Sequence record: PP885688.1
Strand: one strand, 5' to 3'
DNA length: 64,000 bases
This document shows, piece after piece, positions 38,392 to 47,134 of the stretch. A program made the position numbers and the translations under genes. Below the pieces are notes generated by a model. That model made no database searches. It was not told the origin of the DNA and saw nothing but the letters and a program-made list of their open reading frames with translations. Position 1 is the stretch's first letter; the number at the start of each line of letters is the position of its first letter.

Positions 38392-39729
38392 ATGAAGTCA
38401 GGTTTGCTAGGTAGGAAAGTTGCGGGAGATCCCAATGAGGCCCCCGCCAGCTCACAAGAGATTAGTTTTCAGGGCGTTCCCGTGGTCATCGAGTGGCCAG
38501 AGGGATCCACCCGCTCCGGAACGGATGCACAGGGCCAGCCATGGCAGACAGAGATGGAGGCCGGTTACGGTTACATCCCTGACACCGTAGGCGCTGGCGA
38601 CCACGAGAATCTCGACTGCTACGTCGGTGACGACGAAGAGGCTCCGGAAGCCTATGTCATCGAGCAGCTCAAGGAAGATGGCTCGTTCGACGAGTACAAG
38701 ATCATGCTGGGCTTCGCGGACGCCGAACAGGCGCTCGGGATCTACCAGAATCACTTCCCGAAGGTCTGGGAGTACGACCGCGTCGGCGGTATATGGGGCT
38801 TCCCGGTCAGCCGTCTTGCTGCTCTGGTCGATGGCGAGCAGACCGTCGTTGAGCAGGAGACCGAAGAGAAGGCCGACGAGCTGGAGAAGACCGCCGCTCC
38901 TGTCAAGAAGGCTCCTCCGGCAGAAGGTGCAGAGAAAGCCAAGCGTGGCCGGTACCCCAAGCCGCAAGGTTATCGTCCTCTTCTTCAGAGAGCAAACGCC
39001 AAGACAATCAAGGGCGAGAAACTCGGGTACTTGACCGGCATCCTCTACCTCGCTCCGGCGCTTGAGGCCGGTGGACGTGATCTCTGCCCCGGTCGTAGTG
39101 CGCAGTGCACGATGGGCTGCCTCTACGACGCCGGTCGCGCCGCGACCTTCCCAGCCATCAAGGCAGCCCGCATCGCCAAGACGAAGTTCTACTTCAACAG
39201 CCCCGAGCAGTTCGTTGAGGCGCTCAAGTGGGACATCGAAGCTCTGGAACGTAAGGCTGACCGTGATGGTCTCATCCCGGCTGTTCGCATCAACGGAACG
39301 TCGGACATCCCGAAGCTCGCACAGGCGATGGCGCAGGCATACCCGCACATCCAGTTCTACGACTACACGAAGCTGGCCAAGGCTCACCGTCGCGTTACTG
39401 ACAACTACCACCTGACCTTCTCTCGTTCTGAAGACAATGAAGAGCACGTGAAGGAAGCCCTCGCCAACGGCATCAACGTGGCGGTGGTATTCAACGTGAA
39501 GCCCACTGAGGACCTCCCAACGACCTTCATGGGTCACAAGGTCATCAACGGCGACGAGCACGATCTTCGCTTCCTCGATGAGCAGGATGGCGGCAAGCCG
39601 GTCATCGTCGGTCTCCGCGCCAAGGGCCCAGCCAAGAAGCTGGAGAAGCTTGAGAACAGCTTCGTCGTCCGCGTCGAGGACCTGATGAACGGTTCCGGCT
39701 CCACCCTGCCAAGCACACAGGTCGCCTAA
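38392..39729 (+). CDS. Fusion of inorganic-pyrophosphatase-like domain and Gp88-like domain
   Basis: N-terminal YGYIPDT..D...LDCYVG..YVIEQ..FDEYKIMLGF; C-terminal LCPGRSAQCTMGCL, RINGTSDI, FYDYTK, HLTFSRSE, NVAVVF, DLRFLD. Confidence 0.7.
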   Translation: MKSGLLGRKVAGDPNEAPASSQEISFQGVPVVIEWPEGSTRSGTDAQGQPWQTEMEAGYGYIPDTVGAGDHENLDCYVGDDEEAPEAYVIEQLKEDGSFDEYKIMLGFADAEQALGIYQNHFPKVWEYDRVGGIWGFPVSRLAALVDGEQTVVEQETEEKADELEKTAAPVKKAPPAEGAEKAKRGRYPKPQGYRPLLQRANAKTIKGEKLGYLTGILYLAPALEAGGRDLCPGRSAQCTMGCLYDAGRAATFPAIKAARIAKTKFYFNSPEQFVEALKWDIEALERKADRDGLIPAVRINGTSDIPKLAQAMAQAYPHIQFYDYTKLAKAHRRVTDNYHLTFSRSEDNEEHVKEALANGINVAVVFNVKPTEDLPTTFMGHKVINGDEHDLRFLDEQDGGKPVIVGLRAKGPAKKLEKLENSFVVRVEDLMNGSGSTLPSTQVA

Positions 39730-39786
39730 CCAACAACGCGGCAAGCAACGGTAACGGCGGTGTGAGTCATCCACCGCCGTTTATCG

Positions 39787-42700
39787 ATGGAGCGGAAGTA
39801 CATGGCAAAGAGCAGGCTTCTCAAGAAGGCCACCGAGTTCGCATCTTGGTATGGCGTTGACCTCGACGGCACCATGGCGGTCGCCCAAGATCCCTTTGAC
39901 CCTCTGACCATCGGTGTGCCGATTCCCGCTATGATTGAGAAGGTCAAGCAAGGGATTGCTGACGGACACACCTTCAAGATCTTCACCGCCCGCGTCGCCG
40001 ACGAAGACAAGGCAGAAGCTATCAAGCAGGTCATCGGGGACTGGACAGAGAAGCACGTGGGCACGCGGTTGGAAGCAACGAATGAGAAAGACCCAGGCAT
40101 GATTGAAGTCTGGGACGATCGCGCCCGTGCGGTCGAGAAAGACACCGGCGAGTTCGCTAAGGTAGCTCGCGAAGGCCTCGACGAGAACGGTTTCTGGTCC
40201 GGAGACAACGGAGCCAGCGGCATCCTACCGATCGCCCGCGACACCAAACGTATCTGCCTCGCCTGGCGCTCTATCGAAGTTCAGACCGGCGAGTGCTGGG
40301 GAACCATAGGCGGCGCTTGCAAGGACGGCCTATCGCCCGCTGACAGTGCTAAGGCTGAGATGGCAGAAGAGACCGGCTACCACGGCGGCGTCGAGCTTCA
40401 TCCCGCGTACGTGTTCACTTCCGGTTCGTTCAAATACCGCAACTACATCGGCGTCGTAGACTCCGAGTTCGACTTCAACCCCGGCGACGAGCATGGCTGG
40501 GAGACCGACTACATCGAGTGGAAGACGCTGGCGGAAATTCAGGAAGAACTCGAGAGTGAGCCCGGCAACTTCCACCCGGGAATGATCTCACTGTTCAAGC
40601 AGTCAGCGGATCTCATCGAGCGCTTAGCTGGCAGCGCAGAGCCGAAGAAGGCCAGCACCACCACCTACGGTCCTGTCTATCACGGAACCAAGGCAGAGTT
40701 TTCAGCCGACCAGATCCATCCTGGCCCCGAAGGCCTCATCTGGTTCTCCGACAGCCGCGACTTCGCTGAGCGCTGGGGTAAGAACATCGTTGAGGCGGTT
40801 ATCACCATCACTCGTCCCGAGGAGTTCATAGACTCAGGTCTGCACATGGCGATGTTGGACGATTCCGAGGAGGTCGCCGAGATCGGTAAGACATGCGACG
40901 GAATCATCGTCTCGAATCCCTCAGACCCATCACTACCGACCAACTACGCTGTGTTCTCTTCCAGCCAGGTCAAGGTGACGCCTTCCGCTGAGATGTCGAA
41001 AAGCGCAGCGAACCAACAAGCCGTAATCGATACACCACAGTTCAAGGCATGGTTTGGTGATTCCCAGGTGGTTGACGCCGCAGGAAAGCCGTTACTCGTG
41101 TACCACGGAACTGACAACCAATTCGACATCTTCGACCCTAAAAGAGCAGGAACGGGAAATGATCGGGGCATGCGGGGGCGCGGCTTTTATTTCTCCCCTA
41201 ATGAGAGAACAGCTGCATCGTATGGAGCCAACGTAGTACCGGTTTATGTGTCCATCAAGAACCCATTCAGACCTTCCGACTTCAATTCTGAGCAGGATAT
41301 GGCTGAGCGATTGGGCATTGATGAGGGCATTTTTGAGTACACCAAAGGTGGCGAATTCAAGGTGTACCAGCCGTATAGCGGGGTATTCACTAGTGCGCTA
41401 AAAGATGCTGGTTATGACGGGGTGCTCTACCCGCCCAGGCAAGAAGTTATCGCCTTCGAATCTAGGCAGATAAAGTCCGCAACTGGAAATAGTGGCGCAT
41501 TTGATTCTACGAACCAGAGTATTCTCGCAAGTCTAAGAGAGCTCACCTTCGAGAACGATGTCACCGACTCCTACCGTGGTGAGACCTTCGCCAACGTGTA
41601 CGCGCGTGATGCTCGGGGTAAGGTCGTGGGTAAGATTGACTACAGCATCTACGACGACGAGATCCACATCAAGATGGTTGAGGTCGCCAAAGGCTACCAG
41701 CGGCAGGGAATCGGCACCCAGCTGATGAACAAACTGCGTGCTGAGAATCCCGGTACACCCATCGACTGGGGCATGCTTACCGGAGACGGTGCGGCATTCA
41801 AGAGCAAGGTCCATCAGGAATCAGACGCACCACCGAATCGCCTGCTGCAAGAGATCGAAGCTCTACGTCCCGAGTTGGCGAAGGATGCCCAACACACGAT
41901 CGATGAGTGGCCGCTGCCGCAGTATGAAGATCAGGCTGAAGGCGTTGGTGCATTCATCGCGAGCGAGCTGAAGTTCGTCATCAAATCGAACACGAGCGGC
42001 TATCCATACGAGACCGTTCAAGGCCTCGATCAGGTGCTTGAAGTAGAGAACACACGCGGTGAGAAGGTCTTGGTGTCGCTACCTTCCCAGGTATTCGAAG
42101 AGAAGGTGAGTGATCACTGGCAGGTAAAAACAGGAGTGACGATTCAGCCGAGTGACTTCATCATCACGGTTGACTCTAACCCCGACGGGAAGACTGCACG
42201 GGCGATAACAGCTCAGCCGGTGTTTCACGGATCTCCTCACAAGCTCACCTACTTCACCACGAAAATGATGGGGAGTGGCGAGGGATCGCAGGTGTTCGGC
42301 TGGGGCATGTACTTCGCTGGTGCCAAGGATGTGGCGGAACACTACCGCAAGACCACCTCCGACTACGCCTATTCAGTGGATGGCTTCCCCATCGCAAAGC
42401 GTGACCACTACATGTATGGCGTTGCACAGGACATCGCGATGAATGGTGAGTGGGAGGCAGGAATACATGCCCGTGATAACGGTCGTGAATGGCTCGTGGC
42501 CTTCGAGAAGATGAAGGGCAAGAAGGTGGAGGAGAGTCGCGGCGGATTCCTCTATGAAGCTGAGATTCCGGAGGACGATGTCATGCTCGACTGGGATAAG
42601 CCCCTCTCGACACAACCACCTGTCGTCCAAAATGCTCTGCGATCAGCCGGGGTGTTGGACGTGGTCGGTGAGATCGCCCAGCATGAAGAAGGCTACTTTG

Positions 42701-44271
42701 TGGTCACGGTCAATGGGAAGAAGGATGGGACCGCAGACACCAGGCAGGACGCAGAAGAGATACTCCAGGAACGGGCCTATGGTCAGGCGATCTATAAAGA
42801 CCTATCTTCCAAGCTCGACGACCGTACCGGTGAGAAAACGTCAAAATATCTCCACTCGCTTGGGATCAAGGGCATCAAGTATTTGGACGCTTACAGCCGA
42901 TCACTGGGACACGGTACCCACAACTACGTCGTCTTCGATGATGCGGATGTGACGAACGTGAGACAGGTCGTTACCTCATCAAAGGCTGCGGCCACATTTG
43001 ACTCCGACTTCGACCAGGCTCAGAAGATCGCTGACGAGTTCGCACCCCAGGGACTCACCATCATCCTCCGCGAGACCTACTCTGCGATCCGCATACAGAC
43101 GCTGAAGCCCACTCCAGAGGCAACTGATCAGGATCTTGGTAAGAAGTTCATGGAAGCGCTGACGGAATACGCTGAGCTCGTAGGAAAGACGATCTATATC
43201 AGCCCTAGCTCTGGTTATCAGGAGCGTGCATCGGGCGGCGTAGAGACCATTCAGCGCGTGGCGAGCCCAGACTTTGATTACTCCCAGTACACCGACCGCG
43301 ATACAGATTTGAAACGGATCACATGGATGATTACTCCGTTTAGGTCTCCAGGTTTCGAGCTCACGGCTTACTACACCCCCAAAGGACGCAACCCGCAGGG
43401 ATCGGCGGTCGGTTCGATCAAGTGTGACTACTACCCCAACGGTGACGGTGGGGCGGACAAAGAAGGTGTCGTCTACTCCAGCATCGTCAACTTGAACAAA
43501 GACTGGCGTGGAACCGGTCTCGGTCAGATGCTCTACGACAAGGCGATTGCACACGCCAAGAAGCTCGGAGCCCGCTGGTTCTCTTCTGACGTCTCCCTCA
43601 CCAATGCCGCCGTGTCCGCATGGAAGCGAATCAGTCTTCGCTATCCAGTTGAAGAGCAGCTGGGTGCAGCCTACAACTCTGAGGTAGGTGAGGACGACGA
43701 CGATGAAGCCATCTCCGGCTATCGCATCGATCTCTCCAAGGTGACGGCACCGGCGAAGGTGGCTTTTCTCCATGGCGCAACGCCCGAGCTGCAGGCCATC
43801 GTCAAGGACTACGAGTCAAAAGGTCTACAGTTCTCGATCAGCGAACAGCCAGAGCGCATCACTCTGTCAGAGATCCGCGTACCTAAGGAGAACCGGCAAC
43901 AAGGTCTTGGCTCAGCATTCATGACGGAGCTCGGGACGTATGCAGACGTCGCGAACAAACCCGTGTTCTTGACACCGTCGAAGGACTTCGGTGCCAGCTC
44001 GGTTGCACGTCTACGTGATTTTTACGGCCGCTTTGGCTTCAAGATGAACAAAGGCCGCCACAAGGACTTCTCTTCCATGGAGGCGATGGTGCGTCAGCCG
44101 AAGAGTACGAAGGCGCTAACCGCCGGTATCGGCAAGAACCCTCCTGGCAAACCTGAAACCGTCTACCCAGAGCGCAGTAACGGATGGGCCCTCAATCCGG
44201 ATCAGCGCGGCGACAGCACAGCGCCGTCACTCGCACAGCTCCTGCCGGAAGAGCTCAAGGCTTCTTCTTAG
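39787..44271 (+). CDS. Polyvalent effector protein (1494 aa): HAD phosphatase, NUDIX, three ART-like domains, several GNAT-like domains
   Basis: VDLDGT (HAD); WGTIGG..AEMAEETG (NUDIX); VYHGT/VYHGT/VFHGS with YF and YxVF strands (ART-PolyVal-like); QRQGIG, RGTGLG, RQQGLG (GNAT acetyl-CoA motifs). Confidence 0.85.
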   Translation: MERKYMAKSRLLKKATEFASWYGVDLDGTMAVAQDPFDPLTIGVPIPAMIEKVKQGIADGHTFKIFTARVADEDKAEAIKQVIGDWTEKHVGTRLEATNEKDPGMIEVWDDRARAVEKDTGEFAKVAREGLDENGFWSGDNGASGILPIARDTKRICLAWRSIEVQTGECWGTIGGACKDGLSPADSAKAEMAEETGYHGGVELHPAYVFTSGSFKYRNYIGVVDSEFDFNPGDEHGWETDYIEWKTLAEIQEELESEPGNFHPGMISLFKQSADLIERLAGSAEPKKASTTTYGPVYHGTKAEFSADQIHPGPEGLIWFSDSRDFAERWGKNIVEAVITITRPEEFIDSGLHMAMLDDSEEVAEIGKTCDGIIVSNPSDPSLPTNYAVFSSSQVKVTPSAEMSKSAANQQAVIDTPQFKAWFGDSQVVDAAGKPLLVYHGTDNQFDIFDPKRAGTGNDRGMRGRGFYFSPNERTAASYGANVVPVYVSIKNPFRPSDFNSEQDMAERLGIDEGIFEYTKGGEFKVYQPYSGVFTSALKDAGYDGVLYPPRQEVIAFESRQIKSATGNSGAFDSTNQSILASLRELTFENDVTDSYRGETFANVYARDARGKVVGKIDYSIYDDEIHIKMVEVAKGYQRQGIGTQLMNKLRAENPGTPIDWGMLTGDGAAFKSKVHQESDAPPNRLLQEIEALRPELAKDAQHTIDEWPLPQYEDQAEGVGAFIASELKFVIKSNTSGYPYETVQGLDQVLEVENTRGEKVLVSLPSQVFEEKVSDHWQVKTGVTIQPSDFIITVDSNPDGKTARAITAQPVFHGSPHKLTYFTTKMMGSGEGSQVFGWGMYFAGAKDVAEHYRKTTSDYAYSVDGFPIAKRDHYMYGVAQDIAMNGEWEAGIHARDNGREWLVAFEKMKGKKVEESRGGFLYEAEIPEDDVMLDWDKPLSTQPPVVQNALRSAGVLDVVGEIAQHEEGYFVVTVNGKKDGTADTRQDAEEILQERAYGQAIYKDLSSKLDDRTGEKTSKYLHSLGIKGIKYLDAYSRSLGHGTHNYVVFDDADVTNVRQVVTSSKAAATFDSDFDQAQKIADEFAPQGLTIILRETYSAIRIQTLKPTPEATDQDLGKKFMEALTEYAELVGKTIYISPSSGYQERASGGVETIQRVASPDFDYSQYTDRDTDLKRITWMITPFRSPGFELTAYYTPKGRNPQGSAVGSIKCDYYPNGDGGADKEGVVYSSIVNLNKDWRGTGLGQMLYDKAIAHAKKLGARWFSSDVSLTNAAVSAWKRISLRYPVEEQLGAAYNSEVGEDDDDEAISGYRIDLSKVTAPAKVAFLHGATPELQAIVKDYESKGLQFSISEQPERITLSEIRVPKENRQQGLGSAFMTELGTYADVANKPVFLTPSKDFGASSVARLRDFYGRFGFKMNKGRHKDFSSMEAMVRQPKSTKALTAGIGKNPPGKPETVYPERSNGWALNPDQRGDSTAPSLAQLLPEELKASS

Positions 44272-44473
44272 CGAACTCAGCCACCACCTGCTTGGCCGCC
44301 TCACGGTCATCCGGGTGGAAGGCACACAAGGGAACCACCTCACAGCCGCTGTCAGGCCCCCGCAAGACAACCACCCAGTCGTTATGCGGGCAGGTCACCT
44401 TCAGGAGCGCAATCAGCTCCCAGGCGGTCTCCTGCGTCTTGGTTTTGGCGACTCGTAGGTTCACATCCATCAT
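44255..44473 (-). CDS. Hypothetical protein (72 aa)
   Basis: C-terminal part of the 173-aa track ORF (MMDVNLRV..); the upstream part overlaps a promoter motif and a plus-strand gene. Confidence 0.45.
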   Translation of the reverse strand: MMDVNLRVAKTKTQETAWELIALLKVTCPHNDWVVVLRGPDSGCEVVPLCAFHPDDREAAKQVVAEFAKKKP

Positions 44474-44509
44474 CACGCAGTCCGCCTTCCCAAAATAGTT
44501 TCTCCCAAA

Positions 44510-44542
44510 TTCATCTTTGACGGTTTTCGGTTTGTAGGTTGT
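44510..44542 (+). promoter_or_regulatory. Class A promoter-like motif (TTCATCTTT-N13-TTGTAGGTTGT)
   Basis: Matches the five minus-strand copies. Confidence 0.75.
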
Positions 44543-44579
44543 GGATGAAGGGCGCAATAACGGCCCAAGGAGACCACAG

Positions 44580-44783
44580 ATGAAAGTATCCACGATCCGC
44601 GACGGCCAGGGACGCATCCTCGGAAACACCACCAGCTTCTCGAACGGCGACTCTGTCGCGCGGGACCGCAGCGGAAGCATCCTCGGACGTTCGAGCCAGA
44701 CATTCAATAACACCCGCGATCGCGACGACCGGCTGACCAGCAACAACACCGCTGACTCACGCCTCTTGTTCCGCAAGTACTAA
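44580..44783 (+). CDS. Small protein with RDxxG repeats (67 aa)
   Basis: AAGGAG SD; IRDGQGRILG / ARDRSGSILG / TRDRDDRL. Confidence 0.65.
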   Translation: MKVSTIRDGQGRILGNTTSFSNGDSVARDRSGSILGRSSQTFNNTRDRDDRLTSNNTADSRLLFRKY

Positions 44784-44844
44784 TCGATCTCCACACACCC
44801 AGCTTCCCAACCAAGCAGTAGGGCTATGCCCAGAAAGAGCGTTC

Positions 44845-45102
44845 ATGATCTTCAAGTCGACCTCCGTCCTCGCCCTCGTCCTCGCATCCACCGCAGCCTT
44901 CGCACAGTACACACCAACCGCGAAGCCCGTCGAGATGCCGAAGCCAAACGTATCAGCTTCCGTAGCTGCCCCAGTAATCACTACCGTGAACATGCCGAAG
45001 CCCGCAGCGAAGAAGACCACAGCCACCGCAGCGACGAAGGTAGCTATGCCGAAGCCTTACGCCAAGCCCGCCGCAGTCGTAGCCGTCACCTCAACCAAAT
45101 AA
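44845..45102 (+). CDS. Small secreted protein with three MPKP repeats
   Basis: Signal-peptide-like N-terminus ending AFA-Q; EMPKP, NMPKP, AMPKP. Confidence 0.6.
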   Translation: MIFKSTSVLALVLASTAAFAQYTPTAKPVEMPKPNVSASVAAPVITTVNMPKPAAKKTTATAATKVAMPKPYAKPAAVVAVTSTK

Positions 45103-45155
45103 AAATCGGGAATACCACGAAACAAAATCCTAGATTCGTAGTCTTAGTAACTGTC

Positions 45156-45254
45156 ATGAAAACTTTGTGCCTCAGTTCGTATTGCCTCTCCTCTTCGCTA
45201 TCACTTAGCGACGGTTGGGACTTGCGCACTGGAAGAGACGCAGACATGATCTAA
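45156..45254 (+). CDS. Putative attenuator leader peptide 1 (MKTLCLSSYCLSSSLSLSDGWDLRTGRDADMI)
   Basis: Codons 4-18 are all Leu/Cys/Ser/Tyr, matching the downstream tRNAs; followed by a terminator. Confidence 0.8.
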   Translation: MKTLCLSSYCLSSSLSLSDGWDLRTGRDADMI

Positions 45255-45276
45255 GTCTTAGTAGCATCCAGGATTC

Positions 45277-45313
45277 GCAAAGCCCCAGCCAACCAGCTGG
45301 GGCTTTTGCTTTG
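45277..45313 (+). terminator. Attenuator terminator before tRNA array 1
   Basis: AAAGCCCCAGC-caacca-GCTGGGGCTTT plus T-tract ending just before tRNA-Leu; the 5' arm can alternatively pair with 45213-45226. Confidence 0.8.
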
Positions 45314-45314
45314 T

Positions 45315-45401
45315 GCGGGTGTGACGGAATTGGCAGACGAGACGGCCTCAAAAACCGTTGTCCACATGGGCGTGAGAGTTCGACCCTCTCCACCCGCACC
45401 A
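45315..45401 (+). tRNA. tRNA-Leu(CAA)
   Basis: Cloverleaf, long variable arm, encoded CCA. Confidence 0.9.
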
Positions 45402-45413
45402 CAAGTTTGAGAT

Positions 45414-45488
45414 GTCGCTGTAGCTAAGTGGTAAAGCGTCGGTCTGCAAAGCCGATCATCGGGAGTTCGACTCTCCCCAGCGACTCCA
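45414..45488 (+). tRNA. tRNA-Cys(GCA)
   Basis: Cloverleaf, U73, CCA. Confidence 0.93.
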
Positions 45489-45557
45489 CCGTTTTAGAGA
45501 TCAAGCTCAGGGGCTTGATTAGCACGAAATCAAGTCTTTTCGCTTGATCGCAACAAT

Positions 45558-45649
45558 GCCGGAGTGGCGAAATTTGGTAGACGCGCAACGTTGAGATCGT
45601 TGTGGTCAGTATTACGACCGTATGGGTTCGAGTCCCTTCTCCGGCACCA
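45558..45649 (+). tRNA. tRNA-Leu(GAG)
   Basis: CAACG-ttGAGat-CGTTG, long variable arm, CCA. Confidence 0.93.
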
Positions 45650-45668
45650 AAGCTTAGTAGCAAGATGT

Positions 45669-45747
45669 GCCCGAGTGGTCAAACTGGCAAAGGCGCTCCG
45701 CTCAGAACGGAGAGATTCTGTGGGTTCGAGTCCCACCTTGGGCACCA
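45669..45747 (+). tRNA. tRNA-Leu(CAG)
   Basis: CTCCG-ctCAGaa-CGGAG, reduced variable region, CCA. Confidence 0.9.
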
Positions 45748-45767
45748 ACAATTTACCGGAGTAGACA

Positions 45768-45995
45768 ATGGTCCCGACTATCAAGCAGATCGTGAAAGAC
45801 ACCACCGCGAAGTTCTCCTTCTACCGCACCGGCAACATGTTCTACACGGTCGAGGTATCCGGTGAGACGTTCCAGTTCCCAGTGTCCCTGGAGGACATCG
45901 GTAGCGCGACGCTGACTGCGGAGTTCAGGGCGATCACGTTGATGCGCTACGTCCGCAAGGCGCTCGCTGATGGGACGTTCGTCAAGGCGTCCTGA
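45768..45995 (+). CDS. Hypothetical protein (75 aa) inside tRNA array 1
   Basis: GGAG SD; clean ORF between tRNAs. Confidence 0.75.
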   Translation: MVPTIKQIVKDTTAKFSFYRTGNMFYTVEVSGETFQFPVSLEDIGSATLTAEFRAITLMRYVRKALADGTFVKAS

Positions 45996-46011
45996 AGTGT
46001 TGTAACAATGT

Positions 46012-46098
46012 GGGCGGATGTGTGAGTGGCTAAAACAGGCTGGCTGTAACCCAGCTCCTCTATGAGGTCCGTAGGTTCGAATCCTTCTCCGCCCACCA
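46012..46098 (+). tRNA. tRNA-Tyr(GTA)
   Basis: GCTGG-ctGTAac-CCAGC, long variable arm, CCA. Confidence 0.93.
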
Positions 46099-46111
46099 TA
46101 ATTTTTAGCAC

Positions 46112-46189
46112 GCCCCTGTGACGGGAATTGGCATACCTCCTCAACTTAAAATCGAGGGCTTGTCGGTTCGAGGCCGACTGGGGGCACCA
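46112..46189 (+). tRNA. tRNA-Leu(TAA), short variable loop
   Basis: Cloverleaf with 5-nt variable loop, A73, CCA. Confidence 0.85.
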
Positions 46190-46191
46190 AC

Positions 46192-46279
46192 GGAAGAGTG
46201 GGCGAGTGGTTTATGCCGTCACCCTGCTAAGGTGAAGCTCCTACGGGAGCCAAGAGTTCGAATCTCTTCTCTTCCGCCA
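46192..46279 (+). tRNA. tRNA-Ser(GCT)
   Basis: TCACC-ctGCTaa-GGTGA, long variable arm, G73, CCA. Confidence 0.93.
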
Positions 46280-46292
46280 TCAAGATTCACAT

Positions 46293-46387
46293 GGTGACGT
46301 GCACGAGTGGTTTATGTGACTGTCCTGGAAAGACAGCATCCCGGCCTATACCCGGGGTCGTGAGTTCAAATCTCACCGTCACCGCCA
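46293..46387 (+). tRNA. tRNA-Ser(GGA)
   Basis: CTGTC-ctGGAaa-GACAG, long variable arm, G73, CCA. Confidence 0.93.
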
Positions 46388-46388
46388 T

Positions 46389-46480
46389 GGAGGGTAGTGC
46401 AATGGTGCAAAGCGGTCTCGAAAACCGTCGTATGTCGGCCAACCCGGCATTACAGAGTTCGATTCTCTGGCCCTCCTCCA
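46389..46480 (+). tRNA. tRNA-Ser(CGA)
   Basis: GCGGT-ctCGAaa-ACCGT, long variable arm, CCA; unusual D arm and U73. Confidence 0.85.
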
Positions 46481-46550
46481 AACCTTTGCTATGATCAAAA
46501 AGTTAATTTCAACCACAACTTCCCTCCCCGCAGAGTAAAGGGAATGCACG

Positions 46551-46763
46551 ATGAAGAGTTTCACGCGCCGATGCGCTTCCAGGGTGAGATCCCTGGAGGT
46601 AAGAGTTTTACGGAAGCTGGGAATAATCGACCGCTGCCAGGCATACTTCGTGGATGAGCACGGATGGTCAGCCTTCCACAAGTGTTACGCACGAACCAAC
46701 CCTGGTGAGAAGTACTGCTCCGACCATTCAGACATGAGGCGGATCAAGCGAACGATCGACTGA
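46551..46763 (+). CDS. Hypothetical protein (70 aa), possible Cys/His zinc site
   Basis: C-x16-C-x10-C-x2-H spacing; start uncertain. Confidence 0.45.
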   Translation: MKSFTRRCASRVRSLEVRVLRKLGIIDRCQAYFVDEHGWSAFHKCYARTNPGEKYCSDHSDMRRIKRTID

Positions 46764-47102
46764 TCACTGGGGAGTCTTGGCGCGGCGCGTCAGTGGCGTG
46801 TTATTTACAAGCGTCAGTCGCCGGGTGCCCATCAAGATCCCCTTCGTAGCGCGACCACCAGAGGCCGCACGGTCTGATAGGCAGGCCTCAGCATACGCAG
46901 GCCACACCGAGGGCTTGAGGAGCGTGTACCCCGCGTTACCGGCGTGCTTACGCGCCTCCTCTGACCCATCAACCCAGGTGACCATGCCCGGCGGATAGAC
47001 ACTGTCGTCTAAAGACACTTCCGCCGAGATGTCAGAGACGGTCAACTTCCCCTTCCCTGGCTCCTCGGCGGATCCGATCTTCACTACGATGTAATGGGTC
47101 AT
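46764..47102 (-). CDS. Hypothetical protein (112 aa)
   Basis: Last gene of the minus-strand block. Confidence 0.65.
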   Translation of the reverse strand: MTHYIVVKIGSAEEPGKGKLTVSDISAEVSLDDSVYPPGMVTWVDGSEEARKHAGNAGYTLLKPSVWPAYAEACLSDRAASGGRATKGILMGTRRLTLVNNTPLTRRAKTPQ

Positions 47103-47134
47103 ATTCTGCTCGTTATCCGGCGTGTTTGTGTATC

